The position numbers were made by a program, and so were the translations under genes. Shown here in pieces: positions 1-8,645 of a DNA stretch of 64,000 nucleotides (position 1 is its first letter; each line of letters starts with the position of its first letter). The stretch is taken from the NCBI GenBank assembly GCA_963746845.1, contig CAVVCZ010000005.1, forward strand, positions 416,001 to 480,000. The letters are read 5' to 3'. Under the pieces are notes generated by a model, which was not told the origin of the DNA, did no database searches, and saw only the letters and a list, made by a program, of their open reading frames with translations. The stretch comes from an uncultured Chloroflexia bacterium (lineage in GTDB: Bacteria > Chloroflexota > Limnocylindria > Limnocylindrales > CSP1-4).

Positions 1-132
1 ACCGACCCCGCCCGGACCCTCGAGGAGCACGGCCGTCGACTCACCGCCGGCTGCCGCTTCCAGCGCCGGGGCGAGCCGGATGAATGCCGCGTCGCGTCCC
101 ACGAATCGCGCGCCGTCCATCGTCGCGGGCAT
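1..132 (-). CDS. N-terminus of AAA ATPase domain protein (LuxR/LAL-type regulator-like), runs off the left edge
   Basis: Hand translation MPATMDGARFVGRDAAFIRLAPALEAAAGGESTAVLLEGPGGVG: FVGR motif followed by the start of a Walker A loop; TAGAAT lies 7 nt upstream of the ATG. Confidence 0.75.
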   Translation of the reverse strand, partial: MPATMDGARFVGRDAAFIRLAPALEAAAGGESTAVLLEGPGGVG

Positions 133-448
133 GGTCGCCATTCTAGAGGCCGGTCTCCCGCCCGGATCGCGGCGTCCCGTGTGGCTCGGCGCGTCGACGC
201 ACCACCCATCCGTCGGGCCCCCATTGGTCCCCATCCTGCGTGATCGGAACGCGGCACGGAAGGTTCGCGGACCATCGAGGCCGGAGGCCATGGCTCGCAA
301 CGCGAAATCGATCAGACGGTGTTCGTCGCGCATGGGCGTCGCTGGCAGGGCGCCGGGGAGCAGCGGAGCGAGCGGGCTTCAAGGCCCGTGAGCGAGCAGC
401 GCAGCCGGCAATGCAGTCCAGCGTGGTCCAGGCGCGACAGCCGGAGGT

Positions 449-2053
449 TCAGGCCCGCGCCCGAGCGGCCAGATATGCGGTCAGCACGTCCTCGTCGACA
501 TCGCTCGACCAGCCGCCCTGCGCGGCCTCGTCCTTGACCGGCTCGCCGAGCGTCATCTTGTGCAGCCAGCCCTGGCGGCCGTCCGGGCAGAGGACCAGCC
601 AGTACGCGCCGGACTTCTCGAGCAGCTGGACCTCGTCCCCCTGGTCGAGCTGGCCGATGTCGATCCCGCGGAGCTCATCGGGTGCGTCGAGCAGCCGGAC
701 GACGCGGTAGCGGATGATCCGGCGCTCGCGACCGTCGACGGCGTCGACCGAGCCGTGGTCGAAGCTCATCCGCGCCGACTCCACGTACCGGGTCGGGTCG
801 GACTTCCGGGCGGCCTGGACGGACGGGCGGCGCCAGCGGGGCATCCCCGCCTCGACGTCGACGGGCGGAGGAACCGCAGCCGCGACCGCACCAACGACAT
901 CGCCTCCCGGCACGGCGGCGTGTCCGCGAGCGGCGTGCGCCTGGAGCACCTCGTCCGGAGCCGGCGCCTCCTCGTCGCGACGCTTCTTGCCGAAGATCGC
1001 GAATGCGAAGGCCATCGTGGTCGCGGTGGTCGTCCCGACCAGCATCGGCAGCCCCGTGGTCGTGGTCGACGGGCGGACGCCGAGGATGTCGAGGGCAGCG
1101 GTCAGCGCACCCCATCCGACGCCGCCCTCGGTCAGACCGGAGCCGCGGGAGCCGCCGGGTTCGGCGCCCGGGTCCCCGCCGGTGGGCCCATCGGGCGGCA
1201 CGACGACGCCCGCACCGGTCGCGTCGAGACCGGGGTCGGCGCTCGCGCCGGGCTCCGCGCCGGGCGACGAGCCGGGGCCGTCAAGGGATCCATCGAAACC
1301 ACCGCTCGCGCCGCCGCCCGAGGGCCCGCCGAGGCCACCGGGTCCGGTCACGCCTGCCGCAGGAACAATCGTGGGGAGTCCGTCGGATCCCGGATCGGAG
1401 GCGCCGGGATCCGACGGCGCGGGCGTGTCGGCCGGGTCACTCGTCGGACGGGCGGTCGGACCAGGCGTCTGCGTGGGGTCGGGCGTGGGCGTCGGAGCCG
1501 ATCGTGGCGTGGGATCGGGCTGAGGGGTCGGGTCCGGCCTCGGCGTCGGGTCCGGCCTCGGCGTGGGCGTGGGATCCGGGGTCGGGGTCGGCTTCGGCGT
1601 CGGCGTCGGGTCGGGCGTCGGGGTCGGGGTGGGGCTCGATCCGTTGATCACGACGTTGCCCGCATCGAGCGTGTCCGTCGATCCGTCCGCGGCCTCGGAC
1701 GCGAACTGCACTGCGTGGGTCCCGGCCGGAAGCTTGCCGAGCCAGTAGAGCGTGCCGCCGTTGTGCCAGCTGTTGTCGGGGCTGGTCATCTCGTGCGGGG
1801 CTCCGTCGATCACGACCTTGACGTGCGCCGGGGCCGACCCGTCCCCGCTGCGGAAGCGGACGTCGAAGTGGATCGTCGTCGTCGGCGTCCCGACCCGCGG
1901 CCAGACGTGGCCGTGGCTGAGGTCCTCATCGGCGGCCGCGAGGGCCGGCGCGACGTTCGCCAGGATGACCAGGAACACGGCCGTCAACACCGCCAGGGGA
2001 GCGGTCGCCAATCGCCGGATCCGGGTTCGACGCTCGATCAACAAGAAAGACAT
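449..2053 (-). CDS. Membrane-anchored protein: signal peptide, beta-rich extracellular domain, Pro/Thr and Gly-rich linker, TM helix, cytoplasmic SH3-like C-terminus
   Basis: Start moved to ATG 2053 (GGAGG immediately upstream); hydrophobic N-terminus ending ALA; (PT/PD)n repeats; TM ending FAIFGKKRR; C-terminal [28 protein letters not shown] resembles a bacterial SH3. Confidence 0.7.
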   Translation of the reverse strand: MSFLLIERRTRIRRLATAPLAVLTAVFLVILANVAPALAAADEDLSHGHVWPRVGTPTTTIHFDVRFRSGDGSAPAHVKVVIDGAPHEMTSPDNSWHNGGTLYWLGKLPAGTHAVQFASEAADGSTDTLDAGNVVINGSSPTPTPTPDPTPTPKPTPTPDPTPTPRPDPTPRPDPTPQPDPTPRSAPTPTPDPTQTPGPTARPTSDPADTPAPSDPGASDPGSDGLPTIVPAAGVTGPGGLGGPSGGGASGGFDGSLDGPGSSPGAEPGASADPGLDATGAGVVVPPDGPTGGDPGAEPGGSRGSGLTEGGVGWGALTAALDILGVRPSTTTTGLPMLVGTTTATTMAFAFAIFGKKRRDEEAPAPDEVLQAHAARGHAAVPGGDVVGAVAAAVPPPVDVEAGMPRWRRPSVQAARKSDPTRYVESARMSFDHGSVDAVDGRERRIIRYRVVRLLDAPDELRGIDIGQLDQGDEVQLLEKSGAYWLVLCPDGRQGWLHKMTLGEPVKDEAAQGGWSSDVDEDVLTAYLAARARA

Positions 2054-2301
2054 GCCTCCGCGCGGGGCAGGGGCGCCCGTGCTGAGGTGACCTTGGCTGC
2101 GGATCGAGGCGGTCGCAATGGTACGGGTTTCCCACTCACGCCCCCGCGTGGGGAGGGATCGCTCGACGCCCGGTGCCAGCCGACACCAACGATCCCGAGC
2201 TTCGTGCTCCGCCGCGGAACGGCGCATGGGTCGGACGGCGCACGGTCCTGACCCGAAGTGGCCATACCCAAGGCGGGGTCGCGCGCGCGACGATCGCGCG
2301 G

Positions 2302-3051
2302 ATGCAACTCGTCTCGGCTTCCCGCTCGCTCCGGCCTCCGGTCGGGGCCGCCCTCGCCGGCCTCCTCGTCGGCGGCGTGCTCCTCTCCGGCGGGCTCGTC
2401 CTCGCCTGGCTCGCCTTCCTCACCCCGATGATCAGCGTGCTGACCCCGGCCGCGCTCCGGCCGACGGTCCCGCAGATGGCGATGGGCGGGCTCGTCTGGG
2501 GCGTCGCCCTCGTCGCGCCGCCAGCGTTCGCGTTCGCAGGGGCGTGGCGTCTCAGCCGGGTCCTGCGGGCCCTGACCGCCCGACCCGCCGAACGCCTGCT
2601 CTCGAGGGCCGCCACCCAGCTGGGGGACGACTACGTGGCGATCAGCGACGTGACCCTGCCGGAGGGCCGGGTCGTCCACGACCTGGTCCTGGGCCCGTTC
2701 GGGCTCGCGGTGTTCGGCGACGTGCCGCCCGCGCGCTACGTCCGCCGGACCGGCGGGAGCTGGGAGATCCGGGGACACGGTGGCAAGTGGGTCCACATGG
2801 AGAACCCGCTCGAGCGGGTCGCCCGCGACGCCGAGCGCGTCCGGCGCTGGTTCGCCGGCACCGAGCGGGATTACGTGCTGAAGGTGTTCTCCGCCCTCGT
2901 GACGAACGACCAGACCGTCAGCCGGACGCCGAACTGCGCCGTCGTGACCATGGACGAGATCCCCGCCTGGCTGTCATCCCTGCCGCCATCCCGGCAGATG
3001 ACCCCGGAGCGGCGCGAGGAGATCCTGGAGCGGATCCGGCCGCTGCTCTGA
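2302..3051 (+). CDS. NERD (nuclease-related domain)-like membrane protein
   Basis: Two N-terminal TM segments, then D-V-x-L...D-LVLGPFG-L-x-V and NPL motifs typical of NERD proteins; start placed at ATG 2302. Confidence 0.6.
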   Translation: MQLVSASRSLRPPVGAALAGLLVGGVLLSGGLVLAWLAFLTPMISVLTPAALRPTVPQMAMGGLVWGVALVAPPAFAFAGAWRLSRVLRALTARPAERLLSRAATQLGDDYVAISDVTLPEGRVVHDLVLGPFGLAVFGDVPPARYVRRTGGSWEIRGHGGKWVHMENPLERVARDAERVRRWFAGTERDYVLKVFSALVTNDQTVSRTPNCAVVTMDEIPAWLSSLPPSRQMTPERREEILERIRPLL

Positions 3052-3053
3052 GC

Positions 3054-3129
3054 TGGTAGGGGAGCCAGGACTCGAACCTGGAACCAGCGGGATATAAGCC
3101 CGCCGCTCTGACCATTGAGCTACTCCCCC
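3054..3129 (-). tRNA. tRNA-Ile, anticodon UAU
   Basis: 76 nt GGGGGAGTAGCTCAATGGTCAGAGCGGCGGGCTTATATCCCGCTGGTTCCAGGTTCGAGTCCTGGCTCCCCTACCA; full cloverleaf, anticodon loop CT-TAT-AT, TTCGA T-loop, discriminator A, encoded CCA. Confidence 0.95.
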
Positions 3130-3135
3130 GCGCCG

Positions 3136-3164
3136 ATGCTACCGCGCGGTCACGCGCCTGTCAG
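3136..3164 (-). promoter_or_regulatory. Sigma70-type promoter of the tRNA-Ile gene
   Basis: CTGACA (-35), 17 nt, TAGCAT (-10), 6 nt, then tRNA G1. Confidence 0.65.
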
Positions 3165-3215
3165 TCCGGAACGAGGGATTGGGCTGTCGAGGTGCCGCAG
3201 CGCCGAGGTGTCGGG

Positions 3216-3476
3216 TCAGTTCTCGCCGTGGCCGAGGATGCGCCCGGCGAGGGCCTTGAGGCTGAGCGGTCGCGGGTTGAGCGTCGGCTCGGGGCCCAGA
3301 TCGTGGGACGGCCTGACCTCGATGAGCTCGCGTTCCTCGTCCGTGCGGACCGCTTCGATCGGCAGATCGTCCGGATCGAACGGCCGCGGCGTCTCGGCCG
3401 CGGGGCGTGCGGGACGGCCGTACGCGGGGGCGCCATAGAGCTTGGGCAGTGCGACGTGCTGCTCGTCGATCGCCAC
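3216..3476 (-). CDS. Small hypothetical protein (86 aa)
   Basis: GTG start with GAGGA upstream, high GC3, fills an otherwise empty gap. Confidence 0.55.
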   Translation of the reverse strand: MAIDEQHVALPKLYGAPAYGRPARPAAETPRPFDPDDLPIEAVRTDEERELIEVRPSHDLGPEPTLNPRPLSLKALAGRILGHGEN

Positions 3477-3639
3477 GAATGGAGTCCTCGATTGACCGTG
3501 CCGGATACCCGACGAGGCGATGATATCCGTCCGAGAGTACCGCGGAATGGTACGAAAGGACCAGACGCACGACCGCTCCGCGCGCCCCGGACGGTGCCCG
3601 CTGTCACCACTCCCTCGCGGCCGGATGCCGGGATCGGAT

Positions 3640-4044
3640 TCAGCCGATCAGCGGCTCCAGCACCTGGACGACCACCACCAGGACGAGGTAGCAGACGGGG
3701 ACGGCCGCGAAGAATCCGAGCGCCGCGCTCCACCCGGACCGGGTCGTCCGATCTCCGGATCCGCGTGGCTGCGGCACGACCCACCAGGTCACGACGCTGC
3801 CCACGACGAGCACGATCGCCACATCGAGGACGAGGTACAGGGTCCGGAGGTCACCGCCGGGCAGGGCCGCGCCCCGTCGGATCGCGGTGTCGTACACGAG
3901 GTAGCCGAGGCCCAGGACGATCGCGACGACGAGGCTCGAGAGCACCGCCCGGACGACCGGTCGGGGCGCGTTCCGGAACTGCCGCCAGCGGACCTCGAGC
4001 CACGAGCGGTGCCGGACCTCCGGGCCGTGCGCGGGCGCCGTCAT
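3640..4044 (-). CDS. Hypothetical membrane protein (3 TM)
   Basis: ATGA overlap with the upstream aminotransferase stop; three hydrophobic segments. Confidence 0.7.
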   Translation of the reverse strand: MTAPAHGPEVRHRSWLEVRWRQFRNAPRPVVRAVLSSLVVAIVLGLGYLVYDTAIRRGAALPGGDLRTLYLVLDVAIVLVVGSVVTWWVVPQPRGSGDRTTRSGWSAALGFFAAVPVCYLVLVVVVQVLEPLIG

Positions 4045-5282
4045 CCCTGGCCCTGGCCGATGATCTGCAGCTTGGGTCGTTGCGGAAGCGTCTCCGGCGT
4101 GTGGGCCGCGAGGAGCTCGACGGCCGTGGCGACCCGTTCGATCTCGTCCTCGGTCGTGAAGAACCCGACGCTGATCCGGAGGGCGTCGAGCGGCGGGATC
4201 GTCCGGGCGATCGCGAAGGTCCGCCCGGCGATCTCTGCGAGGGCCGTCGCCGCGTCCCAGCCGCCGATCCGGAACGTGACGAGCGTGCCCATCCGGTCGC
4301 GCGGCGTCAGCATCTCGACGCCGTCGATCCGGGCCAGGCGGTCGACCGCGAGCTGCGCCATGGCCTGGCCACGGGCGTGGATCCACGGCAGTCCGACGTA
4401 CATCGAGAGCCAGCCGCAGCTCCGGGCGAGCCCCGTGATCCCCGGCCGGTACGGCCCCCCGTCCTCGAAGCGGCGGGCGTCCGACCACGGGACCGCCTCG
4501 TCGGGGCTGATCCGCTCGTACGTGAAGAAGCTGCCGTTCAGGACGAACGAGCGGTCCACGACCGCCGGCGACGCCCACAGCGCGCCGGTCCCCTCCGGCC
4601 CGAGCAGCCACTTCTGACCGGGGATCGCGTAGAAGTCGACCCCGAGCTCGGCGACGCTGACCGGCATCGCCCCGGTCGACTGGGCGCCGTCGACCGCGAT
4701 GACGGCGCCCCGTCCGTGGGCGAGGGACGCGATCTCGGTCAGGGGAAGGCGGGCGCCGGTGGTCCACAGGACATGCGACACGGCGACGAGCCGCGTGCCC
4801 GGCCGGATCGCGGCGTCGAACGCCTCGAGGATCCGGTCGTCGTCCCCGCCCAGCCCGACGTCGACCGCGACGATCTCGGCGCCGGTCCGCGCCGCGATCG
4901 CATGCGACGGCCCGAGGGCGCCCGGGTGCTCCGCGCGCGTCGTGACGATTCGATCGCCGGGCCGCAGATCCACGGACCACATCGCCGCGTTCATCGCGGC
5001 GGTCGTGGAGTGGGTGATCGCGATCTCGTCGACCTCCGCGCCGACGACCGCGGCCACGGCGCCACGCGCCTCGGCCAGGCGCTCGAGGAACGCCTCCCAG
5101 TAGTCGATCGAGGCGCGGCCGATCCGGAGCTCGTAGTCGACGATCTCGGCCATTGCGGCGGCGGTCTCGGCCGGCATCGGGCCGACGGAGCCGGTGTTCA
5201 GGTAGATCCCGGCCCCGAGCGCCGGCAGCGCAGCGCGGATCGCCGCCAGCTTCTCGGCATCGGGCAGGAAGGGGGCGACCAC
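4041..5282 (-). CDS. PLP-dependent aminotransferase class V (cysteine/cystine C-S lyase-like)
   Basis: YLNTGSVGP, SHVLWTTG, VDGAQSTG, PGQKWLLGPEG (PLP Lys), LRISVGFF; lacks the SufS/IscS catalytic Cys loop. Confidence 0.9.
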   Translation of the reverse strand: MVAPFLPDAEKLAAIRAALPALGAGIYLNTGSVGPMPAETAAAMAEIVDYELRIGRASIDYWEAFLERLAEARGAVAAVVGAEVDEIAITHSTTAAMNAAMWSVDLRPGDRIVTTRAEHPGALGPSHAIAARTGAEIVAVDVGLGGDDDRILEAFDAAIRPGTRLVAVSHVLWTTGARLPLTEIASLAHGRGAVIAVDGAQSTGAMPVSVAELGVDFYAIPGQKWLLGPEGTGALWASPAVVDRSFVLNGSFFTYERISPDEAVPWSDARRFEDGGPYRPGITGLARSCGWLSMYVGLPWIHARGQAMAQLAVDRLARIDGVEMLTPRDRMGTLVTFRIGGWDAATALAEIAGRTFAIARTIPPLDALRISVGFFTTEDEIERVATAVELLAAHTPETLPQRPKLQIIGQGQG

Positions 5283-5300
5283 GTCCGTATGATATCGGCG

Positions 5301-6194
5301 ATGGCCTCGCCTTCCGCCGGTCGCCGCCTCTCCCGGTCGCGGACCCGCCCGCCGGGCGGTCTCGCCCGGCCGGAGCTCCTCGCCACGACCGACTGGCTGA
5401 CCGACCAGCTCGGACGCCCAGAGGTCCGGATCCTGGACGTCCGCTGGCGGCCCGACGGCAGCGGCCACCAGGTCTGGACGGCCGGCCACATCCCGGGCGC
5501 CGTCTTCGTCGACTGGCGGGCCGAGCTGACCGACGCGGCCGAATCCGGCGAGACTCTGCTCCTCGCCGGCCCCGAGCAGGTCGCCCGGACGCTGTCGCTC
5601 GCGGGGGTCGGGGACGGGGCGACGGTCGTGGTCTACGACGACACGGTCAGCCTCTTCGCGGCTCGGGTCTGGTGGAGCCTGCGGGTGTACGGGCTCGAAT
5701 CGGTCCGCGTGCTCGACGGCGGCTTCCCCGCCTGGCAGAGCGAGGGCCGCCCGGTGTCGAACGCCGTCGCGCCGCCGCCGCCCGCGCATTTCACCCCGCG
5801 GGCCCAGCCGCGGATGCGTCTGTCGACCGCCGATGTCCGCGCCCTCCTCTCCTCCCCCGACGTGACGCTCCTCGACGCCCGCGCGCCGGCCGAGTACCGC
5901 GGGCTCGAAGGCACGACGAAGCGGCTCGGCCACATCCCGGGCGCTGTGAGCGTGCCCGTCGGGGCGATGACCCAGCCGGGGGGCCAGCACTTCAAGCCCG
6001 GCGACGAGTTGCGCGACATCCTGCTGAAGGCGAACGTCGCCCGCGGTCGGCGGATGGTCTGCTACGACGGCTCGGGGATCGCCGCGGCCAAGCTCGCGTT
6101 CGCGCTCACGCTCCTCGGCCACGAGGACGTCGCGGTGTACGACGGCGGCTGGTCCGAGTGGGGGAACCGGCTGGACCTGCCGGTCGACCGCTAG
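5301..6194 (+). CDS. Tandem-domain rhodanese/sulfurtransferase-like protein (Asp at the active-site Cys position)
   Basis: GHIPGA in both domains, VLDGGFPAW, VYDGGWSEW signature; active-site loop reads VCYDGSGIAA. Confidence 0.9.
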   Translation: MASPSAGRRLSRSRTRPPGGLARPELLATTDWLTDQLGRPEVRILDVRWRPDGSGHQVWTAGHIPGAVFVDWRAELTDAAESGETLLLAGPEQVARTLSLAGVGDGATVVVYDDTVSLFAARVWWSLRVYGLESVRVLDGGFPAWQSEGRPVSNAVAPPPPAHFTPRAQPRMRLSTADVRALLSSPDVTLLDARAPAEYRGLEGTTKRLGHIPGAVSVPVGAMTQPGGQHFKPGDELRDILLKANVARGRRMVCYDGSGIAAAKLAFALTLLGHEDVAVYDGGWSEWGNRLDLPVDR

Positions 6195-6823
6195 GCGCCT
6201 GGCGGCCGGTCCGTCGACGGCCAGGGCAGATCGCTGGCCGGAGCCTCCGCGGGTCCGGTCGCGGGTCCGGCGACGGGGTCCTCGCCGGCGCGGTTCAGGC
6301 CTGCCCACGGATCGACCTCGCGGTGGGGCGCGAGGATCTGCGCCCGGTGGTGGTTGATCGCGACGAGCTGCGAGCTCTGGCGGGCCTCCCCGACGGAATC
6401 GGACCAGAACGTGGCGTCCGTCACGGGGACGAACTGACCGGTGAGCTCGGACAGCGCCTCGCGCAGGTCGCGCTCCGGCAGCAGGTGAATCCGCCCGATG
6501 ATCCGGAAGGGCGGGATCGAGATCATCGCCTGCTCGGGGATCTTCGGCGTCCGGAGGTCCGGGCGCGGGTCCAGCACCTGGTCGGACACGGCGAACAGGA
6601 CGGCGCCGAGGTTGACCTGGGCGTACTCGGTCCGCGTCGCGATGTTCCGCGACCCGTATTCGTCGACGACCGCATCGGACAGGACGAGGAACTGTTCGTC
6701 GGCATGGTTGAGGATGTCCGTGACCCGCGCCTGGCGCGTCCGGATGTGACCCTTGATCACGAAGCTGTCCGTGTACAGGGTGAGGGGCAGCGTGATCGGC
6801 TCGCCCCCGAGCAGGTCGAACAT
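6191..6823 (-). CDS. Conserved hypothetical protein with two tandem beta-rich domains (DUF6812-like)
   Basis: Internal duplication (I-x-G-x-I-H/R...R-x-x-D/E-x-L...F-x-x-x-S/T-DA...V-x-V/I-N); TATCCT 6 nt before the ATG. Confidence 0.65.
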   Translation of the reverse strand: MFDLLGGEPITLPLTLYTDSFVIKGHIRTRQARVTDILNHADEQFLVLSDAVVDEYGSRNIATRTEYAQVNLGAVLFAVSDQVLDPRPDLRTPKIPEQAMISIPPFRIIGRIHLLPERDLREALSELTGQFVPVTDATFWSDSVGEARQSSQLVAINHHRAQILAPHREVDPWAGLNRAGEDPVAGPATGPAEAPASDLPWPSTDRPPGA

Positions 6824-6888
6824 GGTCGAAGGATACGCGCGCGAGATCGGCGGGACGTACGGCTTTCGGCCGTCGCGGGCCCGCGACG

Positions 6889-8619
6889 TCAGGTTCTGGC
6901 GCCCGCGGTCACCAGCTGTTCGGCTCCGTGTTGGAGCCCCTCGTACAGGGCACCGACGGTCTCGAGCGTGTCGATCTCGTCGGGCGACTTGTCGAGGCGG
7001 AGGTTGGCGATCCGCGGGAAGCGCAGCGAATAGCCCGACTGGTGACGTCGGGACCGGACGATGACGTCGAAGGCGACCTCGACCACGACGGTCGGCTCGA
7101 CCTGCCGGTAGCGCCCGAACCGGGCGATCGTGTGGTCCTCGAACCAGCGGGTCATCTCGGCGATCTCGACGTCGGTGAGCCCGCTGTAGGCCTTCCCGAT
7201 GGTGACGAGCCGCTCACCGGCCGTGTCGCGCACCGCGAACGTGTAGTCCGACAGGACGCCGTGGCGCTTGCCGTGCCCGACCTCGACCCCGACGACGACG
7301 CAGTCGATCGTCGCGAGGGCCTTCTTCATCTTCAGCCAGCCGAGGCCGCGCCGGCCGGGCGAGTAGATGGACCGTGGGTCCTTGACCATCAGCCCCTCGT
7401 TGCGCCGCTCGCGTGCGGCCCGGAACGCGTCCTCCAGCCCGTCCACCGAGGTCACCGCAGCGAGGTGGCTCAGGGCGAACACACCGCCGTCACCCGCGAG
7501 CGGCAGGCGGAGCGTCTCGAGTCGCCGGCGCCGGTCCTCGAGCGGCTCGCGCAGGAGCGCCTCGACCGCCTCGGGCGGCTGCCCCCCGCTGCCGTTCGAC
7601 GCGCCGCGATCGTCGGGACCGAGCCCCAGCGCGTCGAACGCGACGAAGATCACCGGCACCTCGGCCCGGATCGCGACCGACGGCGACTTCCGCCCGAGAC
7701 GCGCCTGGAGCGCGATGAACGGCAGCACCGACCCGTCGCGCCAGGCGAGGATCTCGCCATCGAGGATCCCGTCCCACGGCAGGTCGCGCGCGCCATCGAC
7801 GATCTCCGGGAACTGGTTCCCGATCTCGTGCAGGTCGCGCGAGTAGAGCCGGACGTCCGTCCCGTGGCGGTGGAGCTGGGCGCGGATCCCGTCGTACTTG
7901 TCCTCGACCCAGACGGGGACGCCGAGCCGCCTCACGATCTCGGCGGCGTCCTCGGCCGGCGAGGCGAGCATGAACTTGATCGGGTGGAACAACGCGAGGC
8001 TGGCATCGGCGAGGCGATCGTCGCGGGCCATCTCCGCCATGTGCCCGATGTCCCCGGTCAGCATGCCGGCCCACTTGACCGCGTCGAGCGCGCGATCGAA
8101 CGCCTTGGCGATCGCCGCTTCGACGAGGCCCTCGCGAAGCCCGATCCGGAGCTCGCCCGAGAGGACCTTGACGATGTACTTCGCCGTCATCGGGTCGGAT
8201 CGCTCGAGCAGGTCGTGGAGGATCGCACCCTTGGCGGCGGGTCCCGAAGCGGACTCGATCGCCGCGTACGCCGCGGCCACCTCCGGCAGCGTCGGCGAGA
8301 CCGACGGATCCGGGTCGTGGCCCGCGAGGGTCAGGACGTCGGCGACCGCGCGACCCAGGTCGGACGAGCGATCGTAGGCCTCGCCGAGCGCGGAGCGCGG
8401 CACGCGCGCGAGATCCGTCACGGTCGTTCCGATCGCCGACCAACCCAGGCCCGCGGCGCGCTGATCGGCCTCCGCGAACGGCCGGCCGGTGAGGAACACG
8501 ACCGCGATCGGGAGCTCGTCCGCGGTGAGGCCGGCGAGGTAGTCGGCGAGGAGAGCCGTCTTCTCGGAGGTCCGGGTCGTGGCGGCGACGCGCTCGGCGA
8601 CCTCGCTCCAGCGACGCAT
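6889..8619 (-). CDS. ligB: ATP-dependent DNA ligase (LigB-type)
   Basis: EDKYDGIRAQ adenylation motif, LDGEI, EGLMVK, WLKMK, LRFPRI. Confidence 0.93.
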   Translation of the reverse strand: MRRWSEVAERVAATTRTSEKTALLADYLAGLTADELPIAVVFLTGRPFAEADQRAAGLGWSAIGTTVTDLARVPRSALGEAYDRSSDLGRAVADVLTLAGHDPDPSVSPTLPEVAAAYAAIESASGPAAKGAILHDLLERSDPMTAKYIVKVLSGELRIGLREGLVEAAIAKAFDRALDAVKWAGMLTGDIGHMAEMARDDRLADASLALFHPIKFMLASPAEDAAEIVRRLGVPVWVEDKYDGIRAQLHRHGTDVRLYSRDLHEIGNQFPEIVDGARDLPWDGILDGEILAWRDGSVLPFIALQARLGRKSPSVAIRAEVPVIFVAFDALGLGPDDRGASNGSGGQPPEAVEALLREPLEDRRRRLETLRLPLAGDGGVFALSHLAAVTSVDGLEDAFRAARERRNEGLMVKDPRSIYSPGRRGLGWLKMKKALATIDCVVVGVEVGHGKRHGVLSDYTFAVRDTAGERLVTIGKAYSGLTDVEIAEMTRWFEDHTIARFGRYRQVEPTVVVEVAFDVIVRSRRHQSGYSLRFPRIANLRLDKSPDEIDTLETVGALYEGLQHGAEQLVTAGART

Positions 8620-8645
8620 GGCGGCGATGGTATACCGTCCCTCCG

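Noticed and set aside
350-410. GAGCAGCG/GAGCGAGC repeats around a GGGC-TTCAAG-GCCC hairpin
   Set aside because: Short, low-complexity and not found again in the window; may just be a terminator for the upstream minus-strand gene
1480-1640. Tandem GGCGTCGGG-like repeats (also 9770-9850) as possible CRISPR or VNTR
   Set aside because: Degenerate codon repeats encoding Pro/Thr linkers; no constant repeat with unique spacers and no cas genes
2302-3129. tRNA as integration site of a genomic island
   Set aside because: No integrase and no duplicated tRNA 3' end seen in the window
3192-5300. Long N-terminal extension making a 1000-aa rhodanese fusion
   Set aside because: Overlaps real minus-strand genes; recognisable protein begins at ATG 5301
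6889-8619. NHEJ (Ku-LigD) system
   Set aside because: No Ku gene and no polymerase or phosphoesterase domain; ordinary LigB-type ligase
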